The notes below the pieces were generated by a model, which ran no database searches, was not told the DNA's origin, and was given only the letters and a program-made list of their open reading frames with translations. The position numbers were made by a program, and so were the translations under genes. Source: Lama glama (taxonomy: Eukaryota). Taken from it: 64,000 nucleotides of DNA. Numbering within the stretch: position 1 is the stretch's first letter; the number at the start of each line of letters is the position of its first letter. The stretch covers positions 8,618,001 to 8,682,000 of the forward strand of contig CM052821.1 in assembly GCA_028534125.1 (NCBI GenBank), given 5' to 3'. Of the stretch, positions 1 through 11,396 are shown piece by piece.

Positions 1-700
1 TTGATCAAATACAGAATGGCTTTGCATCCAAGCAGAGGATCCACAGGGTTGCAGTCTGTCAAAAGAGAACAAACTGACAGCAAAACCTTTGAAATAGTCA
101 GAGGTACTCCAGTTGTCCTTAAGTATGTCCAGATGGATGACTCCCAGATTGTTAATGTTGCAGTGATAGATTCTGTTGCAGAAAGTAAACTTTGGTGTGG
201 ACAATAAGATGAAATTGTGATATACAGAAAAAAACACACAACCTTCATATACAGAACCTGGTGGACTAAGTGTAGTCAGTCTCGATTCATAAATGTTCTC
301 CCTTGGCCAGCATTGCAGTTAGGTGGGGAGAATCCAGGCTTATTTCATCTAGCTCCTCCTGAATTCTTTTAGCGCTGGTGGATAATTTAGCAGTGGTTTT
401 GCTTGAGAGTTTGGTGCTTTTCTTCTGCTGGGAGGCAGAAAGATTTCTTGCTTATTCCTTAGGCTTTGGAGTGGCTGGTTCTTGACCATCCACATCTGAA
501 TCACCACTGTTGGTCTGGGGCTCTCATTCTCAGACATTTGCCTATCACTGGACATCTTGGTGAAATTATTTCTTAGAAAACTCTGCTGCCTGCTCAGGCC
601 ACTCATTAGATGCTATACTTGGTGGGGAGGAGGCGGGGAGGGAGAAAAGGAACCCGAGAAAGTTCTAGGCGGGGAGTATGGAACGTTGAAAGTTGGAGGG
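1..700 (-). pseudogene. UBE2E3: Processed pseudogene of ubiquitin-conjugating enzyme E2 E3 (runs off the window start)
   Basis: ATG at 555-553 begins MSSDRQMSENESP (UBE2E3 begins MSSDRQRSDDESP). Other frames give [31 protein letters not shown] and TDCNPVDPL with no introns. There are multiple frameshifts, the catalytic Cys of ICLD is changed to His, and 5'UTR-like sequence extends to about 700. Confidence 0.9.
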
Positions 701-829
701 GGTTGTCTGCAATAAACACTTAATACCTGTTTCCTTAGGAACTTACATAATAGTAATTAGAGAATTTTAGCCAGTTGAACATAGTAGACATTAGACATAA
801 TTTGATCAAGTATTGATCCTGCACTGCTG

Positions 830-2200
830 TGGTTGCACCAGCTTTCACTGTAATGCTTGAGCGTTTCTCTATCACTAAACACTAGCCAACCAACTGATAT
901 TTGGTAGTCTATCAGGTGTGAAGTGCCTTCTCCTTGCTATTTTAATTGCTAATGAGTTTAAGCATCTCTTCATACATTCTTTAGTCATATGCGTTTCCCT
1001 CTTATAGAAGGAATATACTGTTGCATATACTTTGTCTTTCCTACTGGGTTTTCCTTCCTTGTTGTTTTGAAGGACTTGCTTGTATAGTCTAGAACTGATC
1101 TCTTGTCAGTTTTACATACTACAAATCTCTTCTATCATATTTCTATTATCTTTGTCCATGGTGTTCCTCATTGTACCTAACCTTTTAAATTGATGAATCC
1201 AAATTTATGATTATTTTTTGCCTTATGGTTTGTGCTGGTAACATTTAGTCTGAGAAGTCCTTTGCCATGCTAACTCACGAAGATATTCTACTTTTTATTA
1301 TACTAACTTTATAGTTTTATCTTTGACATTTAGGTCTACTGTATAAATGTAGAGGTAGTGTTAGATAGGGATCCAATTTGAATTTCTTCATATGATATCA
1401 GCCTTCCCTTTACATAATCTACGTATTTCCCATTGATTTTTGTGGCAACTTGAGCAAATGTTAACTTCCTATACATACGTAAATTTCTCACTGGGCTCTC
1501 ATTGGTTTGTTTGTCTACCTCACTCTTTTTCTTACTGTGTCCTTGTAATATTGGCTAATATCTAGGAAGGCAGTTATCTTCCCTTCTTTCTTTTCTTTTT
1601 AAGAGATTGACTTGGATATTCACGAATCTTTATTCTTCCATATGAATATTAGAGTAAGTTTATTGAGATTCTTAAACAATCCAATAGGAATTTTGATTGG
1701 TTTCATGTTAAGGTTATAGGTTAAAATGGAGGAAAATCTGAAATATTTTTAGTAGTTAATCATTCCATCCAAAGCATGGAGTGTTTCTCCATTTAGTCAA
1801 AGAATTTTCAATGTCTTTTATTAGAATATGAACGTTTTTCTCCATAGAAGTCTTCTGTATTCTACATTAGGTTAATTACTAGAAACTTAATAACTTTTGT
1901 TGCTTTTGTTCATAGTATTTTATTGTTGATTTTATTTTTTAATTTGTTATTTTTGGTGTAAATACATTCTATTGATTTTGGTAATTTGATCTTGTAACTA
2001 AACTTGCTTTTTGGTTCCAGTGGTTAATTTTGTTGGGTTTTCTAAGTAATGATTATACCATCAGGTAACAGGGCGATAATAATGATTTCCTTAGGTAGAT
2101 GACAATACTATAATGCAGCAACAATAACAATAAAATTAAACTGTAGGGGTGTAGTTGGCAAGGTTACTTTATGCCCAGTCTTAAAGACAGGGCTTCTAGA
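830..2200 (-). mobile_element. Old L1 (LINE-1) ORF2 fragments, antisense
   Basis: T-rich, degenerate L1 antisense phrases (e.g. ggaattttgattgg, ccatccaaagcatggagtgtttctccattta). Confidence 0.7.
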
Positions 2201-2690
2201 AATCATCAACGAAATGGAAAGTCAACCTACAGAATGGGAGAAAATATTTGCAAATTATATATCTGATAAGGGGTTAATATCCAAAATATGTAAAGAATTC
2301 ATACAACTAAATAGCAAAACAAACAGATGAACAAAAAACAATGAAAAAACCTGATTAAAAAATGGACAGAAGATGTGAAGAGACAATTTTTCAAAGAAAA
2401 CATACACATAGCCAAAAGGTACATGAAAAGATGATCAACATCACTAATCATTAGGGAAATGCAAATTAAAATCACGAAATATTGCCTCCCACATATTAAA
2501 ATGGCCATTATCAAAAAGATAACAAGTGTTGGCCAGGATGTGGACAAAAGGGAACCCCCTTGGGAACACAGATTGGTTCAGGCACTATGGAAACCTGGAT
2601 GCATATTTCTCAAAAATACAAAAACAAAATTATCATATGGTCCAGCAACTCCACTTCTGGGTATTTACCTGCAGAAAACTAAAACACTAA
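2200..2690 (+). mobile_element. L1 ORF2 3' fragment
   Basis: caacctacagaatgggagaaaatatttgcaaa...tcactaatcattagggaaatgcaaattaaaa, typical of the L1 ORF2 C-terminal region. Confidence 0.9.
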
Positions 2691-2869
2691 CTTGTGCTAA
2701 GTTCACTAACTTGAGATATGTGTTTTTTCTTTAATTAGCAGAAATCTTTGGATGTTCAACAACCTGGTTTGTTTTTGCAAAACGCCTATATATCCTGGCT
2801 CCTCCCTTCCTATGACTGTTTAGCTCCCATAAACTGCTAACTCCCTGAGGGCAAGAGGTTTTTTTTTTG

Positions 2870-3100
2870 TACTAACGGGGAGAGTTAGATATGTTTCCAA
2901 TGATAAAGACTCAAAGGATCCAAAATGGCAATTCGTATAAGTCTATAATTTGTATGAAAAAGATATAACATAGCAACAGCATTAAAATAAGGATATGCAC
3001 CACAGCCAAAGCCTGCCTCACAGCAAGGGGTCCAGAGAGGACTGGAGGGAGTCAGTTGTCCTCTCTCTGCAGGGTCTTACCAGCATGTGCTTTTATTGTT
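2870..3100. mobile_element. LTR fragment, related to the copy at ~4550-5090
   Basis: 2870-3070 aligns by eye with 4550-4760 (agttaga...catagcaa..gcat.aa..taaggata...cagccaaag.ctgcc). Confidence 0.5.
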
Positions 3101-3109
3101 AGAGCTGCT

Positions 3110-3720
3110 CCAGGCCCTTGCTCAAAACCTGCCAACCCCCACGTTTAGCAGGAGTGAACATAAATCTTCAAGTTAAAGTGTCCAGAGATAAGGAAGGAAG
3201 AGACACACACACACACACACACACACAGATAGAACCAGCTGAGACCAAGATGGTGATGAATCTGACCTCCAACAGACCCTGAGTCTCATTATATGTTGAT
3301 TTTACTACATTAGCATATTATATGACACAACTACCAGTGGCCAGGACTGGACATTAAGGAACAAAATATGGATACAAAAAAAGGGGTGGCACCCACTCCC
3401 TGGAAAAAGACCTGCCCTTTCCCTAGGAGATTAATGCATATGCCCCCCCCATCCTTAGCCTCACTCCTCCTCCCTTTATCTCTACTCTTTAAAATTAAAT
3501 CACCCTCACCAGGTGGGCGAGAAGTTGATTTGTGAACTTAGTTCCTGCTTGCCCATTCTTGGCCACTGAATAAAGCTTGTGCTGTGTTGATCTCAGCTTC
3601 AGTTTCATTATTCGTCTACTTGAATCCGAACAGAAAAAGAATCACTTCCCACCCAGGCAGAGAACCTTGGCCGGGCTAGAGCCCGACCATGGTCCACACA
3701 TCTCAATTTTGAAACACTTT
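3110..3720 (+). mobile_element. Probable solo ERV LTR containing a (CA)n microsatellite
   Basis: LTR-like layout: purine-rich U3-like region, tttaaaa box near 3490 and AATAAA at ~3569; (CA)n at ~3203-3228. Confidence 0.55.
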
Positions 3721-4549
3721 CTCTCTTGATTAGAAACCATCGACTTGTGTATGAAACACATCAGAATCGGGGGCTCAGACTTCTCGGATGTGTATGACAG
3801 ATCACTCCCTTGATTCCGTCTAGTAAACTAGCAGCTGCCCCATGAAGCATCCTTGCAATAGTAGCAACCATTTAAAGAGCCAAGGTGAGCCCAAACATTC
3901 CCTCAGGAGCAAGTAAATGTTCTCTTCCGCTCAGCAGTATTCAAGGACAGGGACATTGAACCTGGGTCTAAAATTCTCAGTAGCCATTTCAACAAGGGCT
4001 CATCAGGGAGCTGCTTTTAATACACGACAAAATGTCTCAGTGCTTTCACTCAGCAATCCCTTACCTTCGTGGCTTCTTGCCCTCCATCGTCAGCTGGTCC
4101 CACTTGAATTACCTTTTTATTTGTAATTCGTCTTGCAGGTGTAGCCAGTTTATGGGTACGGTTGCCCAGGTTCCCTCGGCTGGAACTCCATTTCCTGGCC
4201 AGAGAGAGCAAAGCTCAACCAAAGGAAATTCTGAGCTTTTATTTTCGTGAACATTGAGTGCAGCAACCACGGAACTGAATTTTAGAGGACCTGCCGTGTG
4301 CTTGAAGTTTCCTGCTAATCCATTTTGCTAGACTTCAAGACAGGTTTTACCATTTTCAGATTCCACTAGAAGGTGTTACTATCAGTAACTGATTTCAGAG
4401 CATGTGCTACTTCATACCAAGGGTGACACGGCAACTGTCTGGCATCAATGACTCATTTTCACCCCTTTTATCAGAATCATATTTTTTCTATTTAAATAAT
4501 GCCTTAGTCAGATGAGATGGGGGTGGGTGGGTTTCTGATCCTAACTGAT

Positions 4550-6130
4550 CTAATGGCAGCAGTTAGACAGTGTTTGATCATTAAGGGATACTCACAGGGT
4601 CCCAAATAACAATGCTTATAAATCTATGATTATTGCAGGAAAAAGATACAACATAGCAATAGCATCAAGTAAGGATAAACCTTACAGCCAAAGTCTGCCC
4701 CCTAGCAAGGCATCCAGAGACCTAGCATGAGCTCTAAATGTCCTCTCTTTGCAAGGCCAGGCCAGGAGACACTTCTTTCACAGATCTGGAATCACTGATG
4801 GGTGCATGGGACACTTTGGGGCCCGGGAGCCCAAAAGGAGTCTAGACTGATCTTATGTGCTATTGATCACATAGGCACATTCTTACTAAGTAGCCAGCCC
4901 CAACAGCACAGGCCTCCGTGAGGTCTTATTGAGACCAGATGCAAATCATTAATCTCATTGTTATCGATAAATAAGGCTGACACATTGGGATATACTACCT
5001 TAGAACTCACCTTGAACCTATGGATACAAAGTAACACTATTAACCAGTACCTTTCATACCTTGATCCGGGATCAGTACCATGCAGCTATGTCTCTTATTT
5101 TAGTAAAAAAGTTTAGGCTAATTCCATGTCTTGGCAACTGTAAATAATGCTGCTATGAACATTGGGGTGCAGGTGTCTTTTCTAATTAGTGGTTATTTTT
5201 TTCCAGATAAAAACCCAGGAATGGAATTGCTGGGTCATACGGTAGTTCTAGTTTAAATTTTTCGGGAAACTTCCATACTGTTTCCCACAGTGGCTGTAAG
5301 AATTGACATTCCTACCAACAGTATATGAGGATTCCAGAGGTGACTACTTTTTAATGGTGGCCTGGCTTGGTCCTATGCTGTCTCCTGCTCCAGATGTAAC
5401 TCATGGCCTCTGGTGCTTATGTACGGCCCTCCCTGGTAATCTATCGTGACATTCGGTTACTGGCAAGACTGTCCATGGCACATCTTCTAATTCAACTTCT
5501 TTTTTCCAGCCGTTAGACCCTTTGCAGGTTGCTGGCTCGCTCACTGAAGCAAATATCCTTGTTCCACTAGTACAGTCACTGCCTTCCTATGTCATGCTAA
5601 GGCTAAGAGAAACTCAGGGTGACCTCTCACTACTTAAACCTACACAGTTTTTCCTGCCATTTTCAGTTTGTGGTCATTGCACCATATTTTGTGGGAGAAT
5701 TCTCAAAGGGTTACCATTTTTCTGGATTCCAGATAACTTAACAATGGTCGGAGAGAGAACTGGTTTTTGACATGTTTGTTCACCTGTGTACATTTTCTTG
5801 CCCAAGTCCACCTCTTCGTTCTTTTTTCATGTACTCTCTAGGGACCAATCTGAGTGGGACCAGAGGCCAGTCCAAGGCTTAGGAATGGTGGACACAGGAG
5901 AAATCTCACCATTGCTAGTCATGTTATCTTAGCCTCTCCACGGTACTCCTTCCTTTTGGGGGTTGATGGATGCTTTCTGGGTAGAGGGAAATGATGCCTA
6001 AATTAATTAATTCCAACCACTTGAGTTGGATCTAATATAAGAAATCAGAGTTAAGCGGGAAAGCCTGACTTCTGAAACGCTCACCGAATTCTCTTCCCTT
6101 ACCACTGATACCACACACAGCGCGATATAT
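4550..6130 (-). mobile_element. Old ERVL-type LTR plus degenerate internal sequence, interrupted by an L1 fragment (5100-5340)
   Basis: Similar to the 2870 LTR fragment. 5100-5340 is classic antisense L1 (aatgctgctatgaacattggggtgcaggtgtcttt). Confidence 0.45.
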
Positions 6131-6189
6131 TGGGCCAGAGATGAGCAAGGGATTCTCTCTCCTATTTCCTGTCTCTTCCCACACTCATT

Positions 6190-6715
6190 TTTTTTTTTTG
6201 TGGTGAAAACAGTTAAGATCCACCCTCTTAGTAAATTTCAAGTATGTAACACACTATGATTAACTATATTCACATTGCTGTCCATTAGATCTCCAGAACT
6301 TATTTATCTTTTTTTTTTAAATCCATTCTGCCACTCTATGCCTCTTGTTGGAGAATTCAATCCATTTACATACAGAGTAATTATTGATAGGCAAGGAATT
6401 GCTAATGCTATTTGTAGTTTCTTTGTTCTTTCCTCCTCTCTCGCTGTCTTCTTTTGTGACTTGATGACTTTCTATATCGATATGTTTTGATTCCCTTCTC
6501 TTTAACTTTTGTGTATATATTGTAGGTTTTTGCTTTGTGGTTACTGTGAAACTTAGACATCTCATAAGAGTTTCATCTGGGTTGATAACTTAACTTCAAT
6601 TACATGCAAAATCTCTACCCTTTCACTTCCCCTTTTATGTTTTTGATGTCAGTTTCACCTCTTTTTATATTGCATAATAAATGAAAAATTTTTGTAGCTG
6701 TATTTAAAATATTTT
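6190..6715 (-). mobile_element. L1 fragments, antisense (3' end with poly-T, then the ORF1/ORF2 junction region)
   Basis: Poly-T followed by ttaagatccaccctcttagtaaatttcaagtat; then tttttaaatccattctgccactctatgcctc. The minus-strand ORF 6317-6565 is L1-like. Confidence 0.8.
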
Positions 6716-6717
6716 TG

Positions 6718-6810
6718 TGGGAGAGGGTATAGCTCAGTGGTTGAGTGCTTGCTTAGCATGCAAGAGGTCCTGGGTTCAATCCCCAGTACCTCCATTATAA
6801 ATAAATAAGT
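6718..6810 (+). mobile_element. tRNA-derived SINE (camelid Vic-1 type)
   Basis: gggagagggtatagctcagtggttgagtgcttgcttagcatgcaagaggtcctgggttcaatccccagtacctcca with Pol III A and B boxes and an (ATAA)n tail. A second copy is at 62871. Confidence 0.9.
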
Positions 6811-7359
6811 AGATCTTTGAACAACTGAAAAAACTTTCAACCTTCATGAGTCACTTTGTTTGAAGTCTTTATTGTGTATATATATCATGTAACTTTTTTG
6901 ACCCACTCTTAAAGTCTTTTCCTTTTATTTGATGAATTTATATTTCTGTTATTGTTATAATATGTGCTTCTTGAATTTTTCTGTGATGTTATCACTTTTA
7001 AAACTTAAAAAAAGTTTTTGTGCTCTCTTGGCACTATTTTGTTTTCTTTCTTTTGTTTGTGACAAAAATGTCCTGCTACCTTTACTCTTCTGAAGAATAC
7101 TAGCTACAATATGACAATGTATAATCTATACAGAGGTAAAAAGATGAGAATCCCCAAGTTCTACAATTAGGCCACCTTTTATTCATATGTAGGTCAAAAT
7201 AAAGAGGTTCACAGATATACAAGGTCTTAGAATATTTCATAATGTCTATTTCTTAAAAAAAATCTGGGTAAGTGCACATTACAACAAAATGAAAGCAGAA
7301 TGAGATAAAGAACTCATGAATAACTGATGAGTAACACTCAGGTAATGAGTATTAGTGTT

Positions 7360-7560
7360 CCAGGGCTCTGTGTATTCATTTCATTTAATTCTCACAATAC
7401 CTCTGTAATGTAGGCACTGTTATTACCCCAATTTTACACCTAGGAAACTGAGACAGAGAAATGAAGTAATTTACCAGCGTCATAAAGCTTATCAGGGTAG
7501 AGTGAGGGTAGGAATACAGGCAACTGGCCGTGTAAGACTATGCATCTAACCATTATTCTC
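7360..7560 (-). mobile_element. MIR SINE
   Basis: tcatttaattctcacaatacctctgtaatgtaggcactgttattaccccaattttaca..ggaaactgagacagaga matches the MIR core. Confidence 0.8.
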
Positions 7561-8271
7561 TACTGTGGAAAAGAAAAAACGGAGGAACGTGCTATTAAAG
7601 GAATACCAGTGAATATCAAATAAGCTCAAATTAGAATGAGCCCAAATGACTATAGAAATTATAATTAAAATCCGTAATATACTTGATTTGAATGTTACAA
7701 AATGTAAATAGAATAATTTGTGGAAGATTACCAGGAAAAAAATTACAGAAGGTAGAAAAAAAGGGAGGAAGGGAGTGAATGGACATGGCAGAGAGAAGAG
7801 AGAGTTTGTTAAAGTAAAATAAATCTATAATCTTTCGTGGGAGGTGCCAACATATTTTGTTCTTAAGGTTTAAACTTATAAATATATATTTAAAACTTTA
7901 ACATTATAAAGAATAAATAAAAATAGTTAAATACCACAGAGAACAACAAATTAAATAAAATCTTTACCAAAGTCAATCAATAAGACAAAAAATGAGTGAC
8001 AGGATACACAAATGATTAATGCAGGAAATACAAAACGTCTGAGTTCCAGAAAGAAAGTGGAGGTGGTGGTGTGAGAGAGTAGGAGGAAAAATAGAGCACA
8101 GATCTATAGCCATAAACAAGATATAATTTCTTGTATTTTATTTTTCATTCTCAAGATAGCCAGGGAGAGGGTGGTACAGGGCTCCCTTAAAGTTAGTGGT
8201 CTAGAATTCTATCTTAAGTCCAAGCACTTGGCAACACAAACTCATTTGCTCTTATTCTGTGTCCTTGTTCA

Positions 8272-9207
8272 CTACCTAAAATATTGCAGATATTTCTCCC
8301 ACACCCTTTTCACAGCTGCCTTCACTTCCATGTTCTTGAGGCTGTAGATGAAGGGGTTCAGCATGGGTGTGACCGCACTATACTGCAAGGAGGAGAGCAA
8401 ATCCAGGGAGGAACCAGAGGAAGGCATGAGATAGCGAACAAAACCTGAGCCGAAGAACAGGACCACCGCAATGAGATGGGAGGAGCAGGTGGAGAAGGCC
8501 TTACTTCTGCCTGTAGTGGAGCTGATGCTCAGGATGGTGGAGACAATGCGAACATAAGAGAAGAAGACTGGGAGGAACGTTCCAAAACCATGCAGTAAGA
8601 TTAAGCAGATCAAGATGTCAATATTGACAGAGATATCAGAGCAAGACAGAGGGAAGAGGGAGGGCAGCTCACACGTGTAGTGGTGTATGATTTGAGCCTC
8701 ACAAAAGTCCAGGTTAATAGCCAAAAGCACAATTATGACTGAATTGAAAGAGGCCAGACCCCAGGAGGCCAGTAAAAGCTTTATGCAGAACTGGCTGCTC
8801 ATCACTTGGCTATATAATAGTGGATGGCAGATGGCGACATAGCGGTCATAGGCCATCACTGAGAGCAGAAAGGCTTCGGTCCCTGCAGTGATAAACACAA
8901 AGAAGACTTGAGTCAGGCAGCCCTCAACAGGGATGGTTTTCTTCTCAGACAGGAGGTCCTTCAGTAGCTTGGGCACAGTGACAGAAGAGAAGCAGAGGTC
9001 TAGGAATGAGAGATTACTTAAGAAGAAGTACATGGGCGTGTGGAGGTGGGAGTCAGTCCTGATCACCAGCAGCATCGTCAGGTTCCCCATCATGGTCAGG
9101 AGGTAGATCCCCAGGAAGAGCACAAAGAGCAGAGCCTCGATGTGGGGGTCATCAGACAGCCCAGTGAGAATAAACTCGGTGATGGTGCTGTGGTTCCTCA
9201 AGGCCAT
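8272..9207 (-). CDS. Olfactory receptor, OR8S subfamily (OR8S1-like paralogue A), intact, 311 aa
   Basis: Single-exon ORF with an NHS glycosylation site and the motifs LHTPMYFFLSNLS, MAYDRYVAICHPLLY, KAFSTCSSHL and PMLNPFIYSLKN. Confidence 0.95.
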   Translation of the reverse strand: MALRNHSTITEFILTGLSDDPHIEALLFVLFLGIYLLTMMGNLTMLLVIRTDSHLHTPMYFFLSNLSFLDLCFSSVTVPKLLKDLLSEKKTIPVEGCLTQVFFVFITAGTEAFLLSVMAYDRYVAICHPLLYSQVMSSQFCIKLLLASWGLASFNSVIIVLLAINLDFCEAQIIHHYTCELPSLFPLSCSDISVNIDILICLILLHGFGTFLPVFFSYVRIVSTILSISSTTGRSKAFSTCSSHLIAVVLFFGSGFVRYLMPSSGSSLDLLSSLQYSAVTPMLNPFIYSLKNMEVKAAVKRVWEKYLQYFR

Positions 9208-11253
9208 TTGTGGAGGACCTTTCTTTGGAGTGAAATAGAAAGAGGGATGAGAGCGTCTGTCTCCTCCAGAGCTTCACCCCTCTTCTCACACATCCTTCCC
9301 TGCTCTGCTTAGACTCTGCGCTCAGACATCTCAAAGCTGCCCTAACTGTATCTCAGTGTTTTCATCCTGTTTTGTGGTCACTGATCTTGGGTCCCAGTCT
9401 TCACATACTTCAGATAATCCCATTCTTCTTCCATAGGCATTTACTGGGAAAATGAGTATCTCTGGCTTACCTCTACCTTCACAGTATTTAGATTCCACTC
9501 CGTCCTTCCTATCCTTTAGAAATCCTAAAATTTCTAACACAAGTTCTAGCACAAATCTAAACCTTCTCTCCTCTCTTCAGTTTCCCCATCATATTTTTTT
9601 GTTGTTGTTCAAAATCTTAATAGGATTGACATCCAGTTGGTGCAGTAGGTACAGTGCCAAGGGCCACAATTCTTTTACGGCTGATGGAAATGTTTTGTTT
9701 TGTTTTTTTAAAGATCAGAAGGAAAAAAATGTAGACTGGATTCTATTTCTCTCTATAACTGTAATCATAAAGCACAAATTTTAATATATTTTATCAAGAA
9801 GGAGACTACAATGGCAAAAGTGCCTGGGGCCAATGAAAGTCATGATGTGCCCTGCTCCGTCCTTCATAAATAGCACATTTCACTTTAATAGGATTGTAAT
9901 ATATACAGAGACCTTTATTACTTATCTTAATTGTTTCAAGGCAATGCTGTGAGATTTGACAGGGAATTATTATCCTTGGGACAGGGAATTTTATCCCCAT
10001 TTACCTGGGAGAAGTCTGCTACTAAAGAATATTTGGCAATGTCATGTTGACAACAAGTAGAAGAAACAGGAAATAAACCACATTATGTTCTAACATTATC
10101 AGCCCAATATCTAGGCTTAGTCCCCAGGAATAAGGGATGCTTTTCTTACTCTGACATTAAGAGCACTTCCTCATCTGCCCCTTAACCTTTTAGCCATTTT
10201 GGCTGCTTTCAGTACAGAAAGGTCTATTTCTATTCTTCTTCTTTCAAATGTCCTCCTAATTCCACTGATTCAAATTCTCCCAGCCCTTCCAATGTGCCCT
10301 ATAAACAGACTTATTTCCTTAGAGCCTGTCTTGCCTGCTCTACCCTTTAACCCACAGCTCTCTGTTGAAATCACTGGACCCCTTGGTCTCAGCTGCCTTA
10401 TGTCATAGTCTAAATTCTGTTTCTTTTCTCATGCTAAATATACATCTTGGTTTTCCTCCCTGGATTGTGAGTTCCTTGACAATAAGGGCTATAACTTAAC
10501 AACAACAATGATAAATCAGCATTTCTCTGGCTCTGTCCCCATTCATTCTGTCCCCACCCATGAGCTTCTGATCACCTCTCAAATTCCTCTTAGATTATCT
10601 TGGAATAATCTCTTTATGGCATCTCATGTGTACCTCAGACAAGCCCTCCTGACTACTCTAAGCTAAGTCTCATCCTTCATTCCAGTGGCCCCAGGTGTAC
10701 TACTGCCTGGCAGAAACGTTACTGATGTTATTGTCCACCAGCGATGCCATGCTGCCTGCCTATGTTTCACAGGGGCTACTGCTGCTGAATGTGCTGTCTC
10801 ATGTCCTTGCAACATCCTTTGATGCCCTCTCTTTTTTGTATAATCCACTAGCACGTTTGCCACCATTGCAAGAAGCTCTTGCATTCATGGTATGGATACT
10901 CTATTGCCCCAGGAGGGTCAGAGTGAAAAGATTCTTACAGTTTTCTTTTAAACTTCTCTTTCACCCTCTTACTCTAGGTATCAGCTTTGTGAGTAGTTTA
11001 TACTAGTGCCGATACTAAGAATCACTTTGAACCCTAATTTCTAGGACTTTGTGGTAAGTCACTGTCTTATGTGAAGGTTCCTGCCTCACTTGGACATTTT
11101 GGGGCTAATTGGCCAGTATTCTGTTTTTGTCCATCAGTCCACAATCTGATCCCATGAGAGGCTTCTGTCCTCACAAAATTATACGGTCTTGCTGATTCAG
11201 AGAGCTCTGTTTCTGACCTATACAGCTTGCCAACAATCTATCATCAAGAGATG

Positions 11254-11396
11254 GAACTTATATCAAGAACTTACATCAAGAGAAGCTTAAATTCTGATTT
11301 CTTTAACAAACATATCAAAGGAACTTATATCAAGAGAAGCTTATATCAAGAGAACTTACATCAAGTGAAGCTTAAATTCTGATTTCTTTAACAAAC
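11254..11396. repeat. Local imperfect tandem duplication (gaacttatatcaag...gaagcttaaattctgatttctttaacaaac x2)
   Basis: Two copies of gaagcttaaattctgatttctttaacaaac plus short atcaagag repeats. The paralogous site at ~21600 has one copy. Confidence 0.85.

Noticed and set aside
349-606. Homeobox-like ORF (VIQMW..KN)
   Set aside because: It is a frameshifted reading of the UBE2E3 pseudogene.
6718-6795. tRNA-Ala-like gene (also 62871-62945)
   Set aside because: Imperfect acceptor stem, A-rich tail, TSD on the second copy and two dispersed copies indicate a SINE, not a tRNA gene.
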